A stretch of DNA of 64,000 bases from Mytilus californianus. Its lineage: Eukaryota. The notes under the pieces were generated by a model that made no database searches, had not been told where the DNA came from, and saw nothing but the letters and a program-made list of their open reading frames with translations. The stretch is taken from contig NW_026262701.1 of the NCBI RefSeq assembly GCF_021869535.1, forward strand, positions 35,960,001 through 36,024,000, written 5' to 3'. This document shows, piece by piece, positions 38,269 through 50,460 of the stretch (positions are counted from its first letter, which is position 1; every line of letters begins with the position of its first letter). Position numbers and translations under genes: made by a program.

Positions 38269-40119
38269 AGAAAAATTGGTACCGTTAATGTTATTGCCAT
38301 TTACCATTTCATGTTCTTGTTTATTCGACGATTAGATTTTATATGATAGTTTTAAAGAGCTGTTTGAAAAATATGCGAATTCATTTAAACAAGATTGTTA
38401 ACCCCAAAGAGAGTCAGCTACTTTAAAGATAGCTAGCTAAAAATGTTTTGTATGTTAAAGTTGAAAATAGTTTTATTATTTTCTGGAGTTTAAATTCAAT
38501 GGTCATTGCGGTTTTTATTTCATGTTAATTAACTAATAAATAGTATTGTGGCGATTTTGTTTGCATTTATTACCCAAACAATAAAAACATAACCGGACGA
38601 CCTTGCTTGTCATGTTTGCTCAGAGTAAATATTATTCGGACCGATATTATATAACAATAATGGAATCGTCAAAGGGAGATAATTCAAATATTGGTCATCC
38701 TGTGAGACTATGTTAATATTTGCCATCTTAACAAATAATAAATGAAATATTTAGAATTCCACTTCATTTATCATGATCGAATTTTCTGATTTAATTACTT
38801 AATTGATTGTCGTTATAGTTGTACAAATACATATCAGCCACAGCTTCGAGGAATATTTTCTCTTTTTCCAGTCTTGCTTTTTGTACATTTGAAATAAAAC
38901 ATTCAAATATCTTGAATTGAATTTTTTTTGGTGGGTTGTATTGATGGAATAGTAAAAGGGATATTGTATATTAATTGAAATATCATTTTTGTTGAACGAT
39001 ACGTTTCTTTGTTTAGTTTATTTCCGATGATGTGATCATCGTTTGTTTGATTGATGCATGGAATTCTCGCCATTTTAAAGAATAACTGGTATCTTCATCA
39101 CGTATAATAAGTTAGAAAATCATCTTCCCTATGTACATCATGGAATAAAAAAAAATCCTGTACAAATTTGAATATATTTCACCGCAATTCCCTTCAATAA
39201 TTTGTGTAAAATGTTTGTATGCTTCGTTTTGTATCTTAAATTAATTTTGATGTCAGGACTGAATTTTTTACCGTTTTTCTTAGTCCGTATTTTGCACCTA
39301 TAAATGTGCATTTATTGACGAATCTTACATCATATATATTTTTTCCGGGATATATGCAAATAAAGCGAACAATAGTCTGTTTCAAACCCTCTTACATACT
39401 CATCCTTTACAATACCCTATAATAGATTTAGTTGTCCTGTCTAGACAGAACTCATCTGATGATATTTGTCAAAACGTTTAAAGCCCCCTCCCGAAAGAAA
39501 ATTAATTATATGTTTGACTTTCACGACATCATACCAATTCCAAAATAAATATATACTTAGTACTCTAATCAAATCTAAACACATAGTCATAACAAGTCAT
39601 AATTTAAAGATTGGTTTAGTATTATACCAAGTGTGTAGTTGTAAACATTGTTCACCTTCGTTCCTCTGAAAATATCATAACAACTAATTTTAGAGGTTTA
39701 TTTAATAAACTTCATAAACAAGTACTTTGTCGGACCCTTTTACGCGCTCAGCGTGGTTTAAGTTCACGCTGATCGTTTAAGATCATGCATAAACTTAAGT
39801 TGTTTATTTTTAAACAGCTCATTGATATTGCTTTATGAACACCTACCAAATAATTCACGCCAAAAGACCGCCAAGACAAATTTAATAATGCAGAATGGCC
39901 TTGAATGTACCTGATGAAAGCCATGTAAGATCACGTGGCACTTTTGAACCCAAAATCAATTTTACAATGTAAACGACCGCATCTGTGAAAATCTCAATGA
40001 TGTTAAACACTACCTGCATGTTTTATAGGGACATGTTCTTATCCTGTCAACCCATCTCTCTTGCAGTCACAAAAGTTTGTCTTCGCAAAGTCCTACAATG
40101 TTAAACATATGAAAATAAG

Positions 40120-40470
40120 TAGATGTGGTATAATTTTCAATGAGACAACTCTCCACCAGAGACCAAATGACGTGGAAGGTTAGCAACTAAAGGTCACCGT
40201 ACGGCTTTCAACAATGAGTAAATCCAATACCGCATAGCAAGTTTGAAAGGCTCCGAAATGACATTTATTAAACAATTCAAACGAAAAAACTATAATGGCT
40301 TGATTTATGTACAAAACAATAAACAAACAAAATAGATGATATACAGCAACAAATGACAACCGCTGAACAACAGTCTCCTGCATGACTTTGGACAGGAACA
40401 TGTAGAATGTGGGTGGGTTAAACATGTAAGCGGGAGCCCAACTCTTCCCTATAACCTGGACCAGTAGTGA
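40120..40470 (+). repeat. Dispersed repeat family A, long copy
   Basis: gagacaactctccaccagagaccaaatgac...ggtcaccgtacggctttcaacaatgag, shared with the other copies. Confidence 0.85.
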
Positions 40471-41496
40471 AACAGCCATGATCATATACATTTTGCATGT
40501 TGTTTGATCGTTTTTTTAAGCTGTAATCAATGCTATATAAACAGCCTTATGTAGACCATTAGTATTGGATTATGCTTGTCGCTTGCTAAATTATTCATAT
40601 TTGAGTTCCTTCTGATGCTTATTAGGTTTAAGCAAGTGGAACTAATGTTCAAATTGCATTTCAAACAAGACTTTCTAATAACAAAACATGTTATAATCTT
40701 GACTGCATTTGTCGCAATCAGAAACAACACTCATATAACATGCACCATGATTGGTTAATAAAATAAATCTTATCCATAACAGTTTGCACGACTCTGGTTA
40801 TCATAAAATTGAAACAGGTAATATTTGTGAGATGCTAGTAAGTATTCAAAATCTTCAGACATTCGGAAGAAAGTACCATAAAACTGAACTAGTAAGTATG
40901 TCACGCATGTAGCCATTGCTGTTGAGGGATGTTAGAACTTTTCCCCGAGTTTGAATATCATATATATCATTTTCAATGCTTTCGTTCTATTTACGACATT
41001 ACAATAAAAGGTAGGATGGGGCAAGAAAAACATCACCATCGGCTAAACAGAGAAGTTGGTTTTGGGAAGTTGAAATCGTCTCTTTTGTCGTGTATATAGT
41101 TTCAAATTTTCCATTTCGTACCAATACTTATGTTTTTAAAAGTGAACAATAATGACTGTTATTATTATTAGCTTTATTTAACTGAAGTTCTTTTGAATAC
41201 ATGCATTCAGCAGGTTTTGGTAAACTAGGAATTATCAATTATCAGTATAAGCCCAGATTCGAATTTCAGGTTCTAAAGGCAACAATGTAGTATGTGCAGT
41301 TGTTGACTACAGTTGTCTTTAAAACTTTTAAGTTTGAAGAAAAAATAACTAAAGAGATGTGGGGGACACGACAAGGTCCCATGCAACTCAACGACACAAA
41401 TAATCACAAGACATGCATCTAGAGGTCAACAGCCAGTCTTCAAAATAGACACGTGTCCATACATTATGTCTTGAAAGCTATAAATCTTAAAGCCAC

Positions 41497-41609
41497 TAAT
41501 TAAAATTAGTTCTCCGCACTTGCTCCTCATTTTCGTTCCGTTGTTTCTCGCGCGACATATAAATAGCCGAACGAAAATGTGCACAAGTGCGGAGAACTAA
41601 TTATAATTA
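41497..41609. repeat. 113-bp long hairpin (mini-MITE or hairpin RNA candidate)
   Basis: taattaaaattagttctccgcacttg ... caagtgcggagaactaattataatta, plus inner cattttcgttc/gaacgaaaatg pairing. Confidence 0.8.
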
Positions 41610-44269
41610 ATTTGTCGTATAGCTTACTATATATACGGTATGGGTTTTGCTCATTGTTGAAGCCCTTATGGTGATCTATAGTTGTGTAGACCCTCGTCCT
41701 TTATGATCTCTGAAAGAAAGTGATCTCATTGCCAATCATACCACGTTGTGTTATTTTTATATATAAATCTACATTGTTGTTTGTCGTCTGTATTATATTT
41801 GACATATTTTATATGGTGCTAAAATGGCGTTCGAGATTGGTATTATTTCAGTTCTTAAATATTTTACTATATTGAAACGAAAAGCCGAAATACATCCCCT
41901 GTATTTGTTTCACTACTGGAAATTAGAGTATTATAGAGACCAAAGAATTTTCCATCATTTTACATATGTCCATGACATCGAAATGTAATTCACTGCTTAA
42001 CATTTTTGGGAAACCTTTAAAACAATACTGCACATATATAGATATAAGAAGATGTGGTATGAGTGTAAATGAGCTAGACAACTCTCCATCCAAGTCACAA
42101 TTTGTAAAAGTAAACCATTATAGGTCAAAGTACGGCCTTCAACACGGAGCCTTAGCTCACACCGTCTGACAGCAAGCTATAAAGGGCCCCAAAATGACTA
42201 GTGTAAAACAATTCAAACAGGAAAAACCAACGGTTTAATCTATATAAAACACGAGAAACATCTTAATATAATACTGCAAATTTTGCATGTTTTTATTTGG
42301 TAAATTTTTGCCTCGAGTGAAAAAGTTGACCAACATGCATGAAATTAAATTGCAACTTTTTTTCATATACTATACTTTAAATTTTTCAAAATACTATGAA
42401 TGTTTGTAAGATTCATAGATTTAAATGACCCATATATGCAATAAACTCATTGTCCGGAAAATTGTCCCCAACTCTATATAAGGTAAGCCCAGAAAAACTT
42501 TTAACATGCTATTCAAATTTTCATGACAACACACGTTTTATTTTGCAATAATTCACTATCAAAAATTCACAAATCTTTTCACACTTTTTTCCATAATGAC
42601 AATCAGTAAATAATAAACAAACCCATAATAACTAATCATTAACCCGTAGTGTATACACAAAGAAGGTGTAAATTGTGGGATGAGTACCTACATCAAAGTA
42701 CAAAGGGTGGCATTAGGAGGTATTTATTTGGTCATTTTCACACTTTATTATTTATGTATAAACATATGTCCAGCCACGGTGTATTCTTTGAAGTCTGGCT
42801 TCAGTAACACCTTTTGTTAATCCGCGGCTTACTTCAAACAAGGATTTGCAGATATCCGACAATATGATCTTTAATGAATTGCATTTATTCAAAGATTTTT
42901 TGTTGAAATCTTTATAAATATAAGATTTTCATCCGTTCATAATTAGTTGTAATACAAATTTGACTGATTTTCAATCCGGCGATTTTTGAGGATTTTTTTA
43001 ATCATGTTCCAGACTATTGTACTTTTCTTACTTATCTGTTTTAAAAATTTATCTATATGTCAATATAATACTTCCATGATAGACTTTATGTTAAAAATAA
43101 GATAGTCACCAATGTCTTAGTCTTCGAACTTATCTTGAGTTATAAATGGCGATATGGCGGTGTAAGAAAAAACAATTACATGAAATTAAACGATTTCCGA
43201 TTATTTTTTCTCGACTAGATTAAGTCAATCTGATTAATGGAAATAAAGATAAAAATGTTTTTTCATGGAATTATTGGTTTAGCAAGTTGGAATTGTTTTC
43301 TTTACAAATACGATTTCCCCAAGTTGCATCTTGAACTTTATCACTGCGTCTCTCATTAATCTTCTGACGAGAAAATAGTCAACTTTACAAAATATCAATT
43401 TAAAATTAGTAAACATTATGTGAAGATAACCATCTCATCTTATCTTAAACAAAGGCTGTGCTTAATACCTCGTTAAAAGTAAATACTATTTTCTCAACAA
43501 ATTACAATCGATTTGACCTTTTTATTGTTCACGTAAATTACATATTATTTGATAAGTTCGTAGCTCACTCAAATTGTTTGTTTTTGGGCTTTATTTAAAG
43601 AATTTATGTTGTAACGTAAGTCAAGCTTGATTTTACAACCAACATCTGTTATGGTATTTTATCGTGTATCTTAAAGTTTATGTAACGTAGATTACAGTCA
43701 TGTATAATCATTCTAAATAGTGTATTTATTCCAGAAATGGGTTTATATCCATAAAATAAATAGACAGATTATAAATTGTAAACAATGATGTGTCTAGATG
43801 GTCATTTTCTCGTGTCAAGATGATTTCCCTAATAGAGATAAGTAGTTAATTTACATCTGTTCTAAGTCTGGTCAAATAATGGATCAGGGATGTTCATATT
43901 TCCTTAGTCTGAACAAACACGGGACTAAGTATCAATAGATATCCTGACTCGTTAATTAAAGTTTTTGCTCTTCATACAGTTTGGCCGAAGACATAGTGTG
44001 TTTTATTTCCTCTTTTTAGTAGGTTTTGGATTCAGATTCAATATTTTATTAAAAGTCTTACAATTTATATAAAATGAAACATTCAAATACACACTTAAAG
44101 AATCATAAACATCACTATGGAAAATATTAAGTGTGCAATAACAAAAAAAAAAAAAACAAGCACAACAATATAAAATAGATTCCTTTGAATATAAAATATA
44201 AATAATATATATCAATTGAATATTGTTGACATGTTTCCTAAAACTGCATTACATATGCAAAAAAACTGG

Positions 44270-44560
44270 ACTTCCCCAATTCGATAGCAAAACCCTTGCT
44301 AAAGTGGGGCGTCCGTTTTTCTGTTCGGGAAATATAGATACACAGCAACGTCCGGTCAGATTAGGCACTTAAATCCGAAGCCTTGTGTAGGGAGAGTGTT
44401 ACGCTTTCTGCACGGAAAAACCTCCTTGCAATAGTTCCTTGAGAGGTCCGAAAGTGTCCTGCTGCAAGGAAAAAATTGAAGCTATCCAACATACCCTCAT
44501 TTTCTACCCTCATCTTGGTCGTCTTTCCTTGCTGAACCTATACCTATAGTATTAATAATG
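44270..44560 (+). mobile_element. Diverged partial copy of the same SINE-like family
   Basis: aaaacccttgctaaagtggggcgtccg...tccggtcag...ccttgtgt...ataccctcatttt colinear with the other copies. Confidence 0.75.
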
Positions 44561-45802
44561 GTCTAGATATGAATATGTATCAATCATTTGTATGAAAAAT
44601 GCAAGAAGAAATTGTTTTGAATAATCTATTTTGTTTTTTCTGTTTTTTTTTATAAAAATGCACAGTCATTCCTTCTTATACCGACTGTGGCTCATTCCAC
44701 TTGTCCTGCAACTCTTTTGCGAATTAACTTTCGCCCTGTTGACCATTGAACATTCATGTAATTTTAGCTTTTCCTTATACAAAAATGTTTTCTTATAATC
44801 AAATCGAGTATGTGTATAGACAAAGAGCAACTTGCAAAATTCTGTTTGGCACAATTAATCTCAATTAAAAATAAAGTGAAGTCCAAGTGGCACAAGAGCT
44901 GACTTACCTTCCGAAGAACCTAAGGATACCTCAATTTTTAGTCTTTAGTTTTCTGCGTAGTGTTTTTCTGGACTTTTGTTTGTCGTTTTGCCATGATGTT
45001 GTCTGTTTCTCTTCAACTTATGATTTTTCTTTTCCGTCAATAACTGAAAATACATATCAGCGAAGGAACCGGGGATAATGAACTTCTAGTACTTATAAGT
45101 TTATCTAATCCTGGGGGTTTTATTTTTTTTAAATAAGTCGTTAATATTTTACAATGTCACGTTTGAAAAAAAACTATATTCTAATAATTTTTTGCAAATG
45201 TCATGATACTATGCTCTGATATTGATGTTTTTGTGAAGAATGAATAAATGTTTTATGGAACTCTTTATAGCGTTTATCTATCGTTAATGTTATATTTTAA
45301 AACAGAACTATAAACATATGACAACGGCTATTTTCTTTTCTTCTAAAATGTTACGACTGTTGTTCTAATTTAAAGCCATAAACTAGACCAAATGCTTCAA
45401 GTTATATTGGTATGCCATGATCATACAGGAACAAAAAAGCTTTACGACCTTAAAGTCTTGATGTTGATATCAGAAACAAAACCAATCATGGTCCTTCTCT
45501 TAAAAAATAAAACAATCGAAGCCATAAAATAAATGAAACATTTAGACATTGTTCGCTATTGACAGATGATTTGTTGCGTTCCCTCATAAAACATGACTCT
45601 GTATAACTATATTGCGTGCAATCTGCATATTTTGCAGTCAACTATGTCAGGTTACTTATTTTATTATCATTGAACAATGGAATTTATGGGTTTGACCAAT
45701 GAAACATCTTTTATTAGTGTGCAACCCTCCTTTGTATAAATGAATGAAAATTGGAAATCGAAAAATTGCCACATTTGAAGTCCAGTAAATTTCTCGTCTT
45801 TA

Positions 45803-46174
45803 TAGGTTACAAGAGCGCAATTATGCGTAATGCATTTTCCATAGGGTACCAGTGGTGTTTCTTATTTTTGTCTTGAAGACTACACAAACTAACAAAAAAC
45901 GGGTAACAGTTCCTGTTACTAGAAATCCCAGTGTTGCATAACAACCAAAAACATTTATATGGTCATGCTGCAAAAATTGACTTAAAATGCAGTTGGAAAA
46001 CATCGTCTATTTTTTTGGCTAAATGAAAAAGGCATATTTTTCTGGATTTTTTAAACCTTATTGGATAAGCTTTTGATTAAAAGTAATTCCAATCCTGTAT
46101 CATCCAATCAGAAGCCGTACAAGATTCTATTCTGAGTACCATCTTCCGGTAAATAATTGCGCTCTTGTAACCTG
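45803..46174. mobile_element. MITE with 21-bp perfect TIR and TA TSD (Tc1/mariner/pogo-type)
   Basis: AGGTTACAAGAGCGCAATTAT (45804-45824) and ATAATTGCGCTCTTGTAACCT (46153-46173); TA at 45801 and 46175. Confidence 0.85.
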
Positions 46175-46234
46175 TATCTCTGTTGATACAATATGGCAGA
46201 TCCTATGTTATCATCACGGAATGCATTATCACTA

Positions 46235-46660
46235 ACTGATTGATTGGTTGTTGTCTGCTTTACGTCCAGTGTCAAATATTTCATGCGTGTTCAGGACGAG
46301 AATAATTAACAATAATTATAGTAGGAAGGTTCTGTGATTTATAAGTGTCGACCAGGATGCAGGGCGAGAAATTTCGACTGGAAAAAGATGGTATATTGGA
46401 TATAGGGACAGACATTTTGTCTTGCAACAGGCAACCTACTGACCCGTCAAAGAGTTGTCACAAGTGTTCTTAACGGACACGTAGAGAGTGTGTCACTCTC
46501 TCTACACGAGGCATCGGATTCTAACCAGACGTGACTGCATATTTATACATCCCGCACAGCAAAATGGACGTCCTTCTTTGGCAAGGGTTTTACTTCTGTT
46601 TGGAAGAAGACAAAAAGCGACCATATTTATACCCCAGTCACCTTTGGGTTTATCACTAAC
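46235..46660 (-). mobile_element. SINE-like family copy in unrearranged order
   Basis: gattgattggttg tail (reverse complement of CAATCAATC) at about 46238; segments colinear. Confidence 0.75.
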
Positions 46661-49508
46661 TGGGGTATACTTTAAACTCAAATATCATGAGGAAAAATGA
46701 CAAATTAACACCATATTATCTATATATAGTTACAAATATGAATTGGTTGGGCGTTACAGTATAGTGTTCATCTTGAACATTTTAAGAAGACAACATTATA
46801 AAAGAAACAGTACTGAGATCGCATCCGGAGTTAGTTTGGGTTCTTTTTGTACAGACATTTAGTTTTTCTATGTTATGTTTTGTATACTATTTTTGGTGTC
46901 GTTTTTGGTGTATTTGCCATGATTTTGTAGGTCTTGTTTTGATTATGCCTTGGTATCTTCCAATTCTTAATTATTGTATTGAAGAGTTGCCAAATACCGT
47001 CATGATTGGGGTTAAACTGTGGCAACTCTTCAAATACATAAGTTATTCCTTAAATCGAATAAAGGCAGATTTCTTATAGACCCACCTAGTTTCACTTTGG
47101 CTTTGAAGATTACTGGTATAAATGTATGCGATTCCGACTGTTTCCACTGTCAAATTTTGCTTTAATACACTTGGATTTCACTGGCTTAATATCTCTAGAT
47201 TATTTGATATTTTGACTAGTTAGTTTAGATGTGAATTAATAAGGTGGCCATACGGTACCGTTTTGGCAAAACCCATTCTTATGTACTTAATGTTAAGTTC
47301 TCGCATTGACTTAACAGCTTGATATAAATTATGGCTTGACATATGGAAATCGTTTTATTTCCATGAAAAAATCTATTAATCGGACTGCTAACAACAAGGA
47401 ACCACACAGTTTACAACACAAACAAAAAAAGTAGATCGCTGACCATAACTGACATTTTAGTTGATACCCGCACCGAACGCGTGGATCTGTCATTTTTACA
47501 CGTGTTTCAATTCTTAAAAAATAAATTGACAAAAATTTCTACAAAACAGATAAGAAAGAATTATTAAAAATGTCGTCCATTATAATTGTGACGGCTACAG
47601 ATCTGTCAACTGAGATTCTATTCATACTCATCAAGGTGGAAATACAAATGTTGCATCTAATTGAAAAACAACGGGATAGATGAACTCTGATTAGCTTAAC
47701 GTTTCAACTTACATCGATTTGAAGAATTAATTCAGGATTACTTGTTGTCCTTGGTTCTCTTCTTTGTCTTTAATGAGAAAATTTCCTGTTTTTAACGTTC
47801 CTACGCATGCGGAACGTTTTGTGGTTTATCGAGATGGAAAACGACAAATGGGTTCGTGGTTTGTAACATAGGGGACACATGATCTTGCATAATGGTACGA
47901 AATAATAAGTTTTTAAAGAGAAATTGTGATTAAATTACAGAAAGAATCAATTGCGTTGAAAAAAATGTGCGTAACAGTCAGATAATAGTTTTTATTGCAA
48001 TACTGAATTGACACAATAATAGTTAATTGGGAAAACAGGTACGCATATTTATACTCTCTCCGGCCCTACAAAAGAAATGGTAGCGTTTATGTTTCGCTCA
48101 TTCGGACCCCAAGCACCATTTTGGAACCAACCATTAAAATAAAAGATTTTAAGCTTGATGAGATTTTTAAAATCTTCTGAAAATATCCTTGAAACCCATC
48201 AAGCTACTGGTTCAATATGAATGTCGTACAAGTGAATGCACGAACGGACGGACAGACAAGGCTCTATATTCACCCAGTTTACTGATAAGGGTTAAAAAAA
48301 AACAACTGATCACAACAGAAAACAATCAAACTATCTTGATTGTGATTTCTATACATATAGATTCAATAAAATTTTAAACTGGTCGAAATGATAGTAAATT
48401 AGAGTGACATTGTTTGGAATTATAATAAAGTAAGCCTCTCATTTGTAGTTTAAGTCTATGACTTATTTTACCGCATATAAAGAAAAGCTGAATGACTAAT
48501 ATTAAATTGTTTTAAATTAACATTGACCATTTGCCAATTTTATTTACTAATACATAATCAGTTTTACAACTTTGACAAAACAGACTGACACTCTATTGAA
48601 TATGCATAAAAGGAACTACAATTTTAAGCTTGTAATTGTCCAGATTTCGCGATTAGATATTAATCAAACATCCCCTCAAAATGTTGATCTTAAAAAATAT
48701 TGTGAATGGTGAAAATACCACATTACCCAAAACAATAAATAACAATGATCATAATATTGAGTCATATATATTTAGTGGGAAGCATATGTGTTAACATTCC
48801 ATTATGTATCTTAAGTAGGTTTAATTACAATTTACTAGTCCGTGAATATCTATATTTATCTGATAAGTGGGTCTAAACGTAATATGAAGTTCCGTGGGAT
48901 ATATTAAGTCTGTTAATCTTTTCAGTATCCTTATATGATGTTTTTCCAGCTTAAATACAATAAGTTGTTTTATGAAGCCATTTTTTTAATTTGGTATATT
49001 TTGAATTTGTATATTGATGTATATGTACATGTATGTTAAAACTTCCCCTTAGCTCCCCTATAAGTATTATATAAAATTTTCTCTCACGAAGATCAACTTT
49101 TTTCTGTGGTTTATATTTATTATTTGTGTTTTGTGCAGTCTTTGTACTTTTGACCAGATGTCAATACAAAGACAAATCGCTCTTATCACATTGTCAAATT
49201 TTCCAGACATGTATGAAGTATCAAATAAACTAAAAAATGTGTATTCCCTTTATGTTGTTTCTGAAGGTGTGTCATATCTTAAAATATGAAATATCTTCCC
49301 ATAAGTAAAAGATGAAAGACAAAAGGAAATATTATTTTTAGATATAAATAGTCAAAGCCTCTTTTTGCGATCTTGAAACTTTCTTATTATTTCGCTTTCG
49401 TCATGTTGATCTTCGACAGAAAATGTTTCGAATGCAAGGACCTCCCCCCATTTATCACTGTGACTGCTTATGATGTATTGTCAAACAGCTACTAAATGTT
49501 ACCGTAAC

Positions 49509-49541
49509 CAATGAGGTTCTATTCTGAATAGAACCTCATTG
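49509..49541. repeat. 33-bp near-perfect palindrome
   Basis: caatgaggttctattc-t-gaatagaacctcattg. Confidence 0.9.
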
Positions 49542-50377
49542 CTTTACTATACAGATATGATCTTAACCAGCTCTGTCGTGAAATAGACCAACTTGTCCAG
49601 TAAATGATTCGGAGACTGCGAAACCAGGCAATCATGTTTTCTTTCTACGTCCTCTTTCATTTGTATTAACTAGGTTATATATACAGTGTGGTCCTTGATC
49701 TTATTTTCTCAACAAATTTTGACTTCTATTTTATAATATAGCTATCATACGGTAAATAGGCCGTTGCGACCTCATGTTCAGTATGTAACTGTGTGTATGT
49801 CCTCTTTATTAGCATTTTTCCTGTATTATACCGACAGTTACAGCATCGCAAATATAATAGTTCTATGAATATAAGGGCATCACATCGTGTAAGTATAGAA
49901 CATTAATTAAAAACCAAACAGTCAAATGTGTTACTGATGGAATCTGAGACTCAAGGCTCTGCTTGAGAATGCTATTACACCATTACAGTGTAATTCTTTT
50001 ATCAGTTGAAACAAACAAGGCAATAGAAACTTTTGTGAATTTATAACTGTTTGGATGTAAAACAGTTTTATATTTAAAAGAACATGCATGGTATTTTGTC
50101 AGTCAGTGATCTGGTTGTTCTCGTTCCGTCCATGCAATTGACAACATTGTTAGAGCAAACTTTATAAGATATCTTTGAAATAAATAAAAAAATCTATTTG
50201 GCATTTGGATATGCTCATTCATAATGTGAGCTAATGACAAAAATGTTTTAAAATATTGCCGTTTTGAAAACCATAGGATTAATAATAGAGACTTGTGTCA
50301 GGTTATTTACATTTAAAAAATCATAAAGTATTAAAATCAGTGTTATCAAAAGAGCAATTTACCTGTTCGTTTGATGG

Positions 50378-50460
50378 TTATAAATTGAAAACCGATATCT
50401 CATTGGCTATTATAGATAATGTGACTCCGCCTCTTTTAAAATGTGTAAATTTCACCTGTG
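50378..50460 (-). promoter_or_regulatory. Promoter-like module S2: CAGGTG, GC box AGGCGGAG, CCAATGAG, GGTTTTCAA, TATAA
   Basis: On the reverse strand it has the same motifs in the same order as S1, with near-identical GC-CCAAT and CCAAT-TTTCAA spacing but diverged spacers. Confidence 0.45.

Noticed and set aside
42700-43100. Possible decayed coding or TE remnant
   Set aside because: No frame gave a recognisable domain.
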